Below, piece after piece: positions 20,394 through 30,514 of a stretch of DNA of 64,000 bases. The translations under genes and the position numbers were made by a program. Numbering within the stretch: position 1 is the stretch's first letter; each line of letters begins with the position of its first letter. The stretch spans positions 52,841-116,840 of the forward strand of contig CAZHRF010000004.1 of assembly GCA_964534625.1 (NCBI GenBank). Reading direction: 5' to 3'. Under the pieces are notes generated by a model that was given only the letters and a program-made list of their open reading frames with translations, made no database searches and was not told where the DNA came from. Source of the stretch: an uncultured archaeon (GTDB taxonomy: Archaea > Asgardarchaeota > Heimdallarchaeia > Heimdallarchaeales > Heimdallarchaeaceae).

Positions 20394-23300
20394 TTAAATT
20401 CTTCTTTTGAACTTCTTTCTAATAATAACCAAAGTAGCAAAAGAACACGACATGATCAGAGTTAACCATAACGAAGATACTCCTCCTTTATCTGTTAATT
20501 CACTAGCTAATTCTGGGTCCCAACTGATTACAATGTGATGAATGCTATGTTCGTATTCAAAGTATAAAGCTATGTTAGTTTCATTTGAAGAAGAAATGTA
20601 ATCTATTTCCGATCCATCTATTTCAACAACAAAAGAGTCGGTGGGAACATTGAAAATACCATCCCTTGGAACAGTAAAATTGCAAAAACCAGTGGTACCT
20701 GACGCACCAGAAACATAAAATTCTACATGGTCATCAGCATAGTCGAAATTAGATAGATGGGACGGTGTCTCAATTTGGACATTATAGACTTGATCACCGA
20801 TATTAAGTGTTTCTTGTTGCAAAAGAGGGTAACTAAGGTCATTAAGAGGATCAGACCCAAAAGAAAGTTCTTGTCCATCGTTATAACCATCGCCATCAGT
20901 ATCGTCTAAAGTACAAAGTGTATGATTCAAAATATGCTCAAAGTTACCATAACTTGTAATAGAATCATCTTGTAAAGACATACTATAACCAGGTACAACG
21001 GTATTTATTTCATACCAATCAGATAGGCCATCACTGTCGTAATCAGTCTGTTTACCATCTAAAACACCGTCAGAATCTTGATCAGAAATAAAAGGATGAG
21101 TACCAACTGGATACCAACTCCAACGAACATTATGATAATCAAAAACCTCTAATCGATCAAAGATACCATCATTATCACTATCGAAATCTAAGATGTTGGG
21201 TAAGTTGTCAGAATCAGCATCACCCATAGGGCCATAATTAGGGTTTCCAGTCTCAAATTCGAGTTGTTCATATATAAGTACTTCTTCAAAGTCATTCAAG
21301 CCATCTCCATCCGTATCTTTATTCAAGGGGTCAAGAGTGAGAATTTTACCAGTACTAGGATCAGTAGTTCGATAAACAAAAAACTCTGTATAGTCGTCCA
21401 AACCATCTCCATCTGTGTCATTTGAGAGAGGATTAAAACCATTTATTGTTTCAATATAATCATTGATACCATCACCATCTGTATCAAACGCTAATGGATC
21501 TGTATATCGCTTATATTCATCAGTAGCATTCAAGGAAAGGTCTAAACCATCTTCGAGTGTTATATTGTCATATGTATGACTGAAATAGGAAACAGGCATC
21601 TTGAGTTCTTGCCAGTCATCTAGACCATCTCCATCCGTATCTTGACTAAGCATATCGGTACCATTAAGAAATTCTTCTAGATCGTCTAGACCATCTCCAT
21701 CATAATCTAAATAATGCCAAATATCAGCTACGTTTCTCCAACTTTTACCTTCACGTCCAGTAATATAGTCAATCTCATCAAAATCTAGCCAATCATCTCC
21801 ATCTGTATCAGCGGTTACAGGAGAGAGAACCATTAATTTTTCAAGACCATCAATTAAACCATCCGAATCGGTGTCAGCTTCCATAGGATGTGTTTGGAAT
21901 CTAGACCGATAAGGATCAGGTGCGTCGTGAAAGATAACTAAAAGAGCAGTATCGCCTTCAGGTAAATATGGTTCATTGATCACAGTTAAACCAGGATCAA
22001 CAGTGCGATTAAGGGCCCAATTCCATCCATAATATTCTTCACCATCAGTGAGCATATCATCATCACTGTCAGGATCATTAGGGTCAGTTTCGTAAATCAC
22101 TTCACCTATGTTCTGAATATATAGCGATTGAGGAACAATCTCGAAATCGTCGGATAAACCATCATTATCTGTATCTTGCCGTCGCGGGTCAGTATTATAA
22201 ACATGAACCTCAAGCCCATCTAAAATAGAATCGCCATCAGAATCTGGAAGCAATGGATTTGTGCCCATTTCGATTTCATCTCCATCTCTAAGCCCATCTC
22301 CATCCGTATCATTGTTTAATGGGTCTGTACCTATTAGCAACTCTTGACCATCTTTCAATCCATCATTATCAATATCATCATTAGTTAAATAACAACCTTC
22401 TGCAATGGTTTCATTGCTTATTAGTCTCGTGACATTGAAATAATACCATTCTTCTCCATCTAGTAATCCGTCATCGTCTGAATCTGGATCACCACAATCT
22501 GTTCCAAAGTCAGAATACTCTTGCTGATCAGGTAAGCCATCTCCATCAGAATCTCCCTCTATGGGTATGGTACCAGCTTTCCATTCCTCAACATCACTTA
22601 TACCATCATTGTCAGTATCTGCTTTTAGTGGATTCGTTGGTGTAGGATTGGGCGGAGGACAATCAGTAAGCCCCCAAGGATGATCTTGCCAAGTATTACC
22701 CATAATCTCGCCATAATCAGTAAAATCGCCTATTCCAGCTTCAGAGTGATTTGCATTTTCTAATTCTGAAGGATCAATGATACCGTTTCCATTTAAATCA
22801 AAATCGCCATCTGTATCAATATCAGTAGGATCAGTTCGATACATACGCTCTTGCCCATCATCCAAGCCATCTCCATCAGAATCTTGAGTTAATATATTAG
22901 TTACTGGAAAAGGTATGCCATACTCATTTTTGAAATATTCCCACTCTTGGAAATCATTTAAACCATCTTCATCACTATCCCATTTTCTAGGATCTGGATG
23001 GTCTGATTCATATGCTTGACCAGCTATTTCCCATTCTTCCAAATCAGTAAAACCATCATAATCGGTATCTATTTGGGAAGGATTGGTTTTTATTACTTCG
23101 TTCCAGTAGGCACTATAGAACCCTTTTATTTCAAACTTATCGTCAAGTCCGTCATTATCACTATCTGGATCCATAATACAAGGTAGACCGTCTTTGTCAT
23201 AATCAGCTAAGGGATCTAATCCCATCATGTAAAACAATGCAATTTCTTCTCCATCTAGTAATCCGTCGCCATCCGTGTCATTCTTCTTCGGATCAGTAAA

Positions 23301-25136
23301 GAAATTTTTTAGTTCTGAACCGTCTGAGAGCCCATCATTATCCGTGTCTGGATTAGTAGGATCTAATCCCATTCTAATTTCTTGTAGATCATTAATTCCA
23401 TCTCCATCCAGATCTAGTAACGTGTTATTATTTTCAGGTGGAGCACTGCCTGTTCCAGGTATTTTAGGTAAGGTAAAAAGAATGTCATCATCCCATTTTT
23501 TCGTTGTTGAGAACTTAAATACCCAAAAAATAGAAGCCCAGAATTTAAACAGGAACTTATAGAATAAACCTACTTGAAAAACCAATCCTAAATGACTAAA
23601 ACTCGTTTTAACTACAACACCTGCAATAGCTTTTAGCTTGGCACCCAATTTGATTATATCAACAGGAACACTAATACCTATCGCATCTTTGATCATCTTT
23701 TTCGGGCTTGGCAGTTTAAATTCAATATCTAGTCCAAAGCCAGCTTTCAGAGTTACATCTTGGACAGATGCATCAGTTGTACTATTATAGTTGAGTCCAA
23801 AAGCAAATGATAAGAAATTTACAAGATTAAGTTTGATATTCAGAAGTTTCAACACTGTTCCAATAGCTTGACCTGTACCAGGTATAACATAATCTAAGAA
23901 TTTTGAAATAGGTATACCAAATTCAAAGTCAAGTTTGATTGAAAAAGCTCCCGCTAGAAACGAAAAAGGGTTAGCTGTCACATCCGCACTTGCATTTTCC
24001 ATAGCATCTATATAATTTCCTAAACGAATTGTCCCAGATAATTTAGGTGATAGATCTAATTTTATTTCATATCCCGACGCAGCGATAATTTCTTTTAAAC
24101 CGGGTACATTTGTTAAATCCAGTTTTCCTCCTTTAGGGGCTATACTCATGGATATATCAACATATTCTGGCATGTACCACGGTCCTGAACCTACTCTAGG
24201 GTCAATAGTAATATCAAGAGGGATATCAAAGGGAAATTCTCCAGTAGCTGAATTTCCCTCTCCCATATCTTTTAATTCAACACTACCCCCACCTTTTGAA
24301 CCACTATTGATTTTGGCATCATCAAATATTAAAGTATCCGGATTTCCACCTGAGCCTGATGTTTTTGAATACCATTGGTCACTTGCATCATTAAGATTGC
24401 CTAGCATTAATAAAGTTGTGATAAGTTCTACTAGCCAACCATAGGATCCTCTAACACGAGTATTGACTTCACTAAATTCTATTTCAGTTAAAGGTTCAAT
24501 AGGCATCATGCTTCTTTTTAATATGTTATCTAAATTCACAACAAAATATTCAGCGAGTACAGCCAGAATATTATTATGTAATTGCCTAACTTTGGTGTCA
24601 TACTGTGTTAAATCGTGAAGTTTACATAATGTGTGAAGTAAGGCAAGGTGAGAATCAACATCATTTTTTAGTCCAAAAATGCTTTTTCCTTGAACAAGGG
24701 TTTCTAAAATGGATGAATAACATACTTCAAAAATATGATTTTCCACCGAAGACTGCTCAATAAGACTAGTAATAACAGACCACTTGATTAAATCTTGATT
24801 GATTAGAAGACCAGCGGGTTTTCCATGGAAAACATAAATATTGAGCCATGAATCCTCCTCAGAGGTTTTTAATTCATTAATAGAACCAATTTTATGTAAT
24901 CGGGGATTCAAACCCGTTTTTAAAAGTGTAAGAAAGAGTTGATTTGCAGCTTTTGAAGTAATTCTATTGCTACTATCATAAAAAATAACCACTGATTGTT
25001 CATTCGTGGAATTTGCACCTAAACTTTTTCTAAAATAATCTTTTTGGTCAAACCCCATATACAAACTCTTAAGCGGAATACTTCCAGTAAATAAGAGTAT
25101 AAAAAATACTGACAAAATTTTTTTTCTAATTGTCAT
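20394..25136 (-). CDS. Large secreted membrane-anchored protein with many Ca-binding DxDxDG (TSP3-like) repeats
   Basis: Signal peptide, >20 repeats of the TDP...DTDGDGLxDxxE type, C-terminal TM followed by RKKFKRR. Confidence 0.88.
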   Translation of the reverse strand: MTIRKKILSVFFILLFTGSIPLKSLYMGFDQKDYFRKSLGANSTNEQSVVIFYDSSNRITSKAANQLFLTLLKTGLNPRLHKIGSINELKTSEEDSWLNIYVFHGKPAGLLINQDLIKWSVITSLIEQSSVENHIFEVCYSSILETLVQGKSIFGLKNDVDSHLALLHTLCKLHDLTQYDTKVRQLHNNILAVLAEYFVVNLDNILKRSMMPIEPLTEIEFSEVNTRVRGSYGWLVELITTLLMLGNLNDASDQWYSKTSGSGGNPDTLIFDDAKINSGSKGGGSVELKDMGEGNSATGEFPFDIPLDITIDPRVGSGPWYMPEYVDISMSIAPKGGKLDLTNVPGLKEIIAASGYEIKLDLSPKLSGTIRLGNYIDAMENASADVTANPFSFLAGAFSIKLDFEFGIPISKFLDYVIPGTGQAIGTVLKLLNIKLNLVNFLSFAFGLNYNSTTDASVQDVTLKAGFGLDIEFKLPSPKKMIKDAIGISVPVDIIKLGAKLKAIAGVVVKTSFSHLGLVFQVGLFYKFLFKFWASIFWVFKFSTTKKWDDDILFTLPKIPGTGSAPPENNNTLLDLDGDGINDLQEIRMGLDPTNPDTDNDGLSDGSELKNFFTDPKKNDTDGDGLLDGEEIALFYMMGLDPLADYDKDGLPCIMDPDSDNDGLDDKFEIKGFYSAYWNEVIKTNPSQIDTDYDGFTDLEEWEIAGQAYESDHPDPRKWDSDEDGLNDFQEWEYFKNEYGIPFPVTNILTQDSDGDGLDDGQERMYRTDPTDIDTDGDFDLNGNGIIDPSELENANHSEAGIGDFTDYGEIMGNTWQDHPWGLTDCPPPNPTPTNPLKADTDNDGISDVEEWKAGTIPIEGDSDGDGLPDQQEYSDFGTDCGDPDSDDDGLLDGEEWYYFNVTRLISNETIAEGCYLTNDDIDNDGLKDGQELLIGTDPLNNDTDGDGLRDGDEIEMGTNPLLPDSDGDSILDGLEVHVYNTDPRRQDTDNDGLSDDFEIVPQSLYIQNIGEVIYETDPNDPDSDDDMLTDGEEYYGWNWALNRTVDPGLTVINEPYLPEGDTALLVIFHDAPDPYRSRFQTHPMEADTDSDGLIDGLEKLMVLSPVTADTDGDDWLDFDEIDYITGREGKSWRNVADIWHYLDYDGDGLDDLEEFLNGTDMLSQDTDGDGLDDWQELKMPVSYFSHTYDNITLEDGLDLSLNATDEYKRYTDPLAFDTDGDGINDYIETINGFNPLSNDTDGDGLDDYTEFFVYRTTDPSTGKILTLDPLNKDTDGDGLNDFEEVLIYEQLEFETGNPNYGPMGDADSDNLPNILDFDSDNDGIFDRLEVFDYHNVRWSWYPVGTHPFISDQDSDGVLDGKQTDYDSDGLSDWYEINTVVPGYSMSLQDDSITSYGNFEHILNHTLCTLDDTDGDGYNDGQELSFGSDPLNDLSYPLLQQETLNIGDQVYNVQIETPSHLSNFDYADDHVEFYVSGASGTTGFCNFTVPRDGIFNVPTDSFVVEIDGSEIDYISSSNETNIALYFEYEHSIHHIVISWDPELASELTDKGGVSSLWLTLIMSCSFATLVIIRKKFKRRI

Positions 25137-25300
25137 AACTCAATGTTTACTATTTATTTTTAAGTATTAAAATGTTATTCACCATATTGAGTGATTGTTC
25201 ACTAAACCAACATCTTTTATGTCAAATGAAACAAAGAAAGATTCTTAATTTTATGTTATAAAAAACAAATAGCTAAATAAGGAAAGAAATTGAAACAGTA

Positions 25301-25429
25301 CTAGCTTACTGTGGTGGCTTTAGCACATTTCTCAGCTGGTTGTTGAAATAAAAATACTTTAGTATGGTATTTGTATGAATTATTTAAGATTATACCTGAT
25401 TCGAGATCGTTTCTTGCTTCTTCAAACCG
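25301..25429 (-). pseudogene. HEPN-domain gene fragment
   Basis: EEARNDLESGIIL...VFLFQQPAEKCAKA matches the HEPN N-terminal EAxxDL...FxxQQAAEKxLKA pattern; both ends missing. Confidence 0.6.
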
Positions 25430-25430
25430 G

Positions 25431-25610
25431 AGCGATTGGAGCGGTACAGGATCATATCTTATCGATGGTTTCGCTGAATCAGAAGACATATATCCCTTAA
25501 ATAACAAATATGGAAATGAAAATAGTACACGTGTTATTTGTTCATTATTTTATGTTACCTTAATCAGTGGGTTTGCTTTCATCTTGTACAAAAGTAAAAA
25601 GAAAAATTAG
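25431..25610 (+). pseudogene. 3' fragment of a NosD/CASH-type surface protein
   Basis: SDWSGTGSYLIDGFAESEDIYPL, then a TM segment and KSKKKN; resembles the NYWSD...DxYPL tail of archaeal NosD proteins. Confidence 0.55.
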
Positions 25611-25642
25611 TTGGATCATAGAAAAAACAAGCCCTTATCCTC

Positions 25643-27082
25643 CTAAGGGCGGATATTTGTGGCTTTTGTTTGATATAAGAAATCGCCTAAGAACCCTTCA
25701 TGAGGGGCAGCTATATCGTGTGTAAAGGTTATTTCATTTAAGAAAACTTTTTGTATTGTAGGTTCCACCAATAATTTCTTTGCTTTTTCAACTCTATCAG
25801 TTAGATAGGCAACAGATAAGGAGTTACTTGCTGCTTCATGCACCAAGCTATCTTCTGGTTGAATGATAGTACCAAAAGGCCAAGGATATTCGTCGGTTAC
25901 CATTTTGTGATCCTCAGGCATTTCTAAAAGAGTGGGAAGGAAATAAGTTAAGTTATTTTTCTCTATCATCCAGTTAATATCACCTCTGCACTTGGCTGTT
26001 AGATCTAAGACATTATAATCCATGCGTGATTCTACATAAGAATGTAATTTTTTTGCAGTTTCTTTTTTCATTGCGGGTAAGACAGCTCTTGGATCAAGTA
26101 TATTTAAAGGTTTAATTTTTGCTAATTGTTCAGCTAATCTAGTTTTAAATTCATCATAGCGTTCATTACCCATGAATATAATACCAGAAGCATTGATACA
26201 TCCTCTGCCGCCGTCTATAGTAATAGAATTATATGCAACATCAAGAGCCATATCCATGTGAAACTCGCTCATCTGATCAAAATCGATAACAACTTTAGAT
26301 TGACCAGGACCATACGCTTTAATTGAATTATTGTCGCCATATTGTTTAAGCGTCCAATCACTTCCAAAGATAATTCCTAGGTCTGATTGTCTGACAATAG
26401 TATCAACTGCGCTATGATCTGTAACAAAGTGGAATAGCGTTTCATATGGTAATCCAGCTTGCCACAAAGATTTACAGAGTTTATAACTGGTAAAAGGCTC
26501 TTGGCTAGACGCACGAATAATAGTAGGAACTTTCATAAGAGGACTCAATACACCCATCAGACTAACAGCTGGATGATTACTAGGCAATGCTACTCCCACA
26601 TTGCGACCTCTTGGGCTCCAACCAAATACTGTCCCGCGTATACCTATATTTTCGTCATAAATATCTAACTCACCTGTTGGAGAGTTTGCTTTTAGAAAGC
26701 GTATTAAATGCTCTTTACTCAGAAACTCTTTAATCATTTCAAAGGTGTTCCGTACATATGTTATCGGCATACCAGTAGACAAAGTAATCAGCTCCGTCCA
26801 TTCATTGTTGCTTAGATATAGTCCTTTGATTTCTAAATCTTTTGCGAAAATTTTCCCTGCTTCAGCGTAAATTGTAATTAATTCTTCAATACTCATCTCT
26901 TGTAGTTTGTTAAAACCAGCCAGTTTATTCATAGGCATAGCCATTTGAACATGTATATCAGAAGAGACGCTTATATCTAACAATTTTTGCCCTTGTATAG
27001 ATTCAAGAGCCTTAGTTGATCTTGAAATATATTCTTCACCATTGCGCAAAATTGGTAAATTGAGATTTTTTGTTATTGCCAT
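25643..27082 (-). CDS. GriD/LuxC-like aldehyde dehydrogenase-fold reductase
   Basis: LPILRNGEEY, VALPSNHP, GIIFGS, YGPGQSK, GGRGCINAS (catalytic Cys), EYPWPF, PHEGFLGDFLY. GGTGA SD before ATG 27082. Confidence 0.82.
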   Translation of the reverse strand: MAITKNLNLPILRNGEEYISRSTKALESIQGQKLLDISVSSDIHVQMAMPMNKLAGFNKLQEMSIEELITIYAEAGKIFAKDLEIKGLYLSNNEWTELITLSTGMPITYVRNTFEMIKEFLSKEHLIRFLKANSPTGELDIYDENIGIRGTVFGWSPRGRNVGVALPSNHPAVSLMGVLSPLMKVPTIIRASSQEPFTSYKLCKSLWQAGLPYETLFHFVTDHSAVDTIVRQSDLGIIFGSDWTLKQYGDNNSIKAYGPGQSKVVIDFDQMSEFHMDMALDVAYNSITIDGGRGCINASGIIFMGNERYDEFKTRLAEQLAKIKPLNILDPRAVLPAMKKETAKKLHSYVESRMDYNVLDLTAKCRGDINWMIEKNNLTYFLPTLLEMPEDHKMVTDEYPWPFGTIIQPEDSLVHEAASNSLSVAYLTDRVEKAKKLLVEPTIQKVFLNEITFTHDIAAPHEGFLGDFLYQTKATNIRP

Positions 27083-27318
27083 GTCTGTTTTCACCAAATT
27101 CAATTTCTTGTCATGTCTACTAGTAAAATATTGAAATTCATTTATAAACTAGGTAAAACCCTCGTATCAAGAAAGCTGTAGAAAGGATTGAATTTAAACA
27201 TAATTCAGATATACTTTCAGGTATTCTAACAAAATCATTTGAAAAACTGGTATGTATTTACATTTCTATTGACATAAAGAAAAACAATAAATACTCGTAT
27301 AATATAATAATATTTGTT

Positions 27319-28260
27319 GTGAATGATATGTCGATGGATAAAGAAGCAATTCCCGTAACTATTGTAGGTTTGGAAAATGCAGGTAAAACCACACTCATTG
27401 AACGCCTTAAACATGATGAATTTGTTGAAGATACAACTCCCACAATTGGTGTCAGTTTTGAAATTTTCGATGTTGATAACACACGTTTCAAAATCTTCGA
27501 TTTAGGTGGGCAATTAGTTTTCAGGGAGCAATTTTGGATTAAATATGCTAGTTACTCATATGGAATTATATTTGTTTTTGACGCTGCTGATCGCCAAAAA
27601 CTTGCTGATGCTAAAAAATGGTATTGGAAGCTTATAAATGAACTTGAAGTGGAAGATAGAATAGCTATTGCATTCTTAGCTAACAAAGCTGATTTAGATG
27701 GGTGTATGAGCCTTCAAGAGATTATAGACGAATTGGAATTAACCAAAATGAGTGAGTCCCCATCTATTAGTTTTCAAATATTTAAAACAAGTAATAAAAC
27801 CGCTGAAAACATTCAACAGTTTATGCAATGGTTTGAGCGTAAAATAGATAGTATTTCTAGCTCTAGATCAACTTCTCCTAAAGGCTTGATTCTTTCTACC
27901 ATCTACGGTAGAATCCAGTTAGTCTTAGATTTCTCTGATTTATCTGATCAGATAGGCTTAGTACGTGAATTATTAATGAACCTTTATTCAGAGCAGAAAG
28001 ATATTTTAAAGACTTTTAAGTTAACTTCAATGATTTATAAAGATGTTAAATTAGTGTGCAATGAAAAAGCCGATATGATTCTCTCTTTAATCACACACCC
28101 TACCGATTCAGATGTGGAAACTCAACGTTATATTGACATCATTTATGCATTTATTAGCGAAAAAAAAGCCCAAACAAAAGATGAACTAACCACATTCATT
28201 TTCGATCTGTTCAATGTTCCAGAAAATAAACGAAAAGAGATTAATGGATTAAGTTTCTAA
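27319..28260 (+). CDS. Arf/Arl-family small GTPase with C-terminal longin/roadblock-like extension
   Basis: GLENAGKTT, PTIG, DLGGQ, FVFDAAD, NKAD; ~130-aa C-terminal domain. Confidence 0.9.
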   Translation: MNDMSMDKEAIPVTIVGLENAGKTTLIERLKHDEFVEDTTPTIGVSFEIFDVDNTRFKIFDLGGQLVFREQFWIKYASYSYGIIFVFDAADRQKLADAKKWYWKLINELEVEDRIAIAFLANKADLDGCMSLQEIIDELELTKMSESPSISFQIFKTSNKTAENIQQFMQWFERKIDSISSSRSTSPKGLILSTIYGRIQLVLDFSDLSDQIGLVRELLMNLYSEQKDILKTFKLTSMIYKDVKLVCNEKADMILSLITHPTDSDVETQRYIDIIYAFISEKKAQTKDELTTFIFDLFNVPENKRKEINGLSF

Positions 28261-28361
28261 ATTATCTTTACAATATACTTTGATACCAAACAACCACAAA
28301 GAGTATATGCAAAAAAGGTAAAGGAGAGATTCAAATAAGTTAAAGTGACCAATTTATTTGT

Positions 28362-30407
28362 TTAGAATAGATCATCATCATCGTCGACATGGTGATGAAA
28401 GTCAATAACTAGTTCATATTCTTCATTTTCAAGATTATCGGTTTTTTTTGAATATTTCTTGTTTCTAAATTTATAAATTGCCATAAATCCCCCTACAAAT
28501 AACCATGAATTTGCCAAAGCTATGATGCCAATTATTTTTCTGTAAGGAGGTTTATAGATGGGTATATTTATTTTTCGATTAGTATCTGTGATATTTCCAT
28601 CTTCTTCATTAATAGCACCTATAGATAATCGTATATTTTCAATAATTATTAGCCCACTTGTTTCTTGTCCATAAAATAATAAAGACAAAACTATCTCTTG
28701 ATAGCCTTGGTAGAGATTCATTGTCTCATCAATTGTATGAAGTCCTTTCTGATTTAATGTTCTTGTCATCGTCTGGTTGGATCCCACATCAAGAGTTAAT
28801 ATAACTGTTTTTAAAACTGAATCTGCTAATATATTCATTGTTAGACTAACTTCATATTGTTCAGTAAATAGATCGTCTATCTCTATCAATTCTTGTAGTT
28901 TGATAGTTTTTGTTTGATATACCTTCATATTAATGAAAACTGTATCTGCTAAAGTTTGATTAATCTGTGATTTTTTTTGATTAATAACAGTAGGAGGATA
29001 ATATTCTAACCTAGTATCATTATGTAGAAAAAACAAGCCCTTACCCTCACACTGCCCTTCTAAACTTATATACACATCTTCTATATTCTTGAATTGGTAA
29101 GTAAAGGTTATGAGTGATAGATCCTGTTTAAAGGATGTCAGTTGTTGATTCGGAATAAACGCTTTTTGTTTTTCATTCATTACTCCTCCCATCTTTGTTT
29201 GAATTTTTATGTTTAAACCATCAACCAGCGGGTCACCTTTATAACTGTATGTGATAAACACTTTTAAGCTTTGTATATTATCTCTATCTTTTCTTCTTTC
29301 AGGAAGCATGTCTTTTAATGAAATATCAAAACTAAACGGTTTCTCTTCCCATTTAACATATGTATAGATGTCCCTTTGATCTATTTCATCACCAGATTCA
29401 TCTATATCGTTTATAAGTGATAGTTTTAGCTCCAGTTCAGAAATTTCTAAGGTATTTCCAGAGTTTTTAATTATAAAAGAAATATTGAGAATATTTAATC
29501 CTTGTTTACTAAAATTTAAAGAATAGAGAAGTAAATTTCTTTGATTTGTGTTAAAAACTTTTTTTCCAGTACTTTCATTATTTAGACACAATTCCACTTC
29601 TTTGCTCAATGCAGACAATTCATTGCTAACAAATGTTAAAGTTACATTCAAATTCGATTGTTGATGATTTTCGATGAAAAAGGCGGAATTTGTCAATCCT
29701 ACAGCTGTTCCAATCATTTTTCCTGGAACAATTAATTCATTAGGTATTAGATTTAACGTTATTTCTTTTTTTTCTTCTAAGAAAGGAGTTTCAACAATAT
29801 GAAAGGAAGTATCACTTAAAATAGTTATATTAGCTTCTTGATTAAAGGATGTTTGCCCTGCTACACTAACTGTTATATTTGTTTTTTCGTATCCTTTTAT
29901 CTCTTGACTATTCAGATGTCTGAAATAATATGCTTTTTTTACTTCCTTTTTCTTACCTATTTCTTGCAGATCTCTGGAGATAAGGGCATAAGAAATTACC
30001 TCTGCATGATCAGTAGTATTAATTCCTATATTTATTTCTAAATTAGAAATCTTATTTCCATTTATCACATAAATTAAGTTTAACGCATTCGATGCGCCTA
30101 AGTTGAATGTTTGGTTTAGACAGATATTTCCATTATACACTGAATAAGTGTCGTTAAAATAAAAAGTCATATTTTGACCTATGATATTTTTCGTTTCAAC
30201 ATCATTATTTATATTAGGAATTTCTTCATTTTGATTCACAAAAAAAGGATGAGTAGATGGAGGAGGAGGAGGAGGAGAGATTTTCTGAGAAGAAACATTA
30301 TTTTCTATTCCTCTATAGGCTATAACTTTGGGTGTATTTAAAAGTAGTAGTAAAGCAATAGCCAACACAATAGACATGACGCTCTTATGTTTTATCCGTG
30401 AATCCAT
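28362..30407 (-). CDS. Secreted, C-terminally anchored surface protein; paralog of 4409-6313
   Basis: Signal peptide, poly-Pro, C-terminal TM, acidic tail; GQCEGKGLFFLHNDTRLE vs GESFGKGHFYIYNDLRLE in the paralog. Confidence 0.8.
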   Translation of the reverse strand: MDSRIKHKSVMSIVLAIALLLLLNTPKVIAYRGIENNVSSQKISPPPPPPSTHPFFVNQNEEIPNINNDVETKNIIGQNMTFYFNDTYSVYNGNICLNQTFNLGASNALNLIYVINGNKISNLEINIGINTTDHAEVISYALISRDLQEIGKKKEVKKAYYFRHLNSQEIKGYEKTNITVSVAGQTSFNQEANITILSDTSFHIVETPFLEEKKEITLNLIPNELIVPGKMIGTAVGLTNSAFFIENHQQSNLNVTLTFVSNELSALSKEVELCLNNESTGKKVFNTNQRNLLLYSLNFSKQGLNILNISFIIKNSGNTLEISELELKLSLINDIDESGDEIDQRDIYTYVKWEEKPFSFDISLKDMLPERRKDRDNIQSLKVFITYSYKGDPLVDGLNIKIQTKMGGVMNEKQKAFIPNQQLTSFKQDLSLITFTYQFKNIEDVYISLEGQCEGKGLFFLHNDTRLEYYPPTVINQKKSQINQTLADTVFINMKVYQTKTIKLQELIEIDDLFTEQYEVSLTMNILADSVLKTVILTLDVGSNQTMTRTLNQKGLHTIDETMNLYQGYQEIVLSLLFYGQETSGLIIIENIRLSIGAINEEDGNITDTNRKINIPIYKPPYRKIIGIIALANSWLFVGGFMAIYKFRNKKYSKKTDNLENEEYELVIDFHHHVDDDDDLF

Positions 30408-30514
30408 TCTACTCTATCCAAATTAATAATGTCGCAAATGATTTTTAAAGAAGAAAAAAAATGATAAAAGAAAAACCTAGAAGTAAATGAAAAAAAATGT
30501 AGAAGTAAAAAAGA

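Noticed and set aside
13116-27082. LuxE/LuxC bioluminescence system
   Set aside because: No luxAB or luxD in the window; the motifs fit GriC/GriD-type proteins better.
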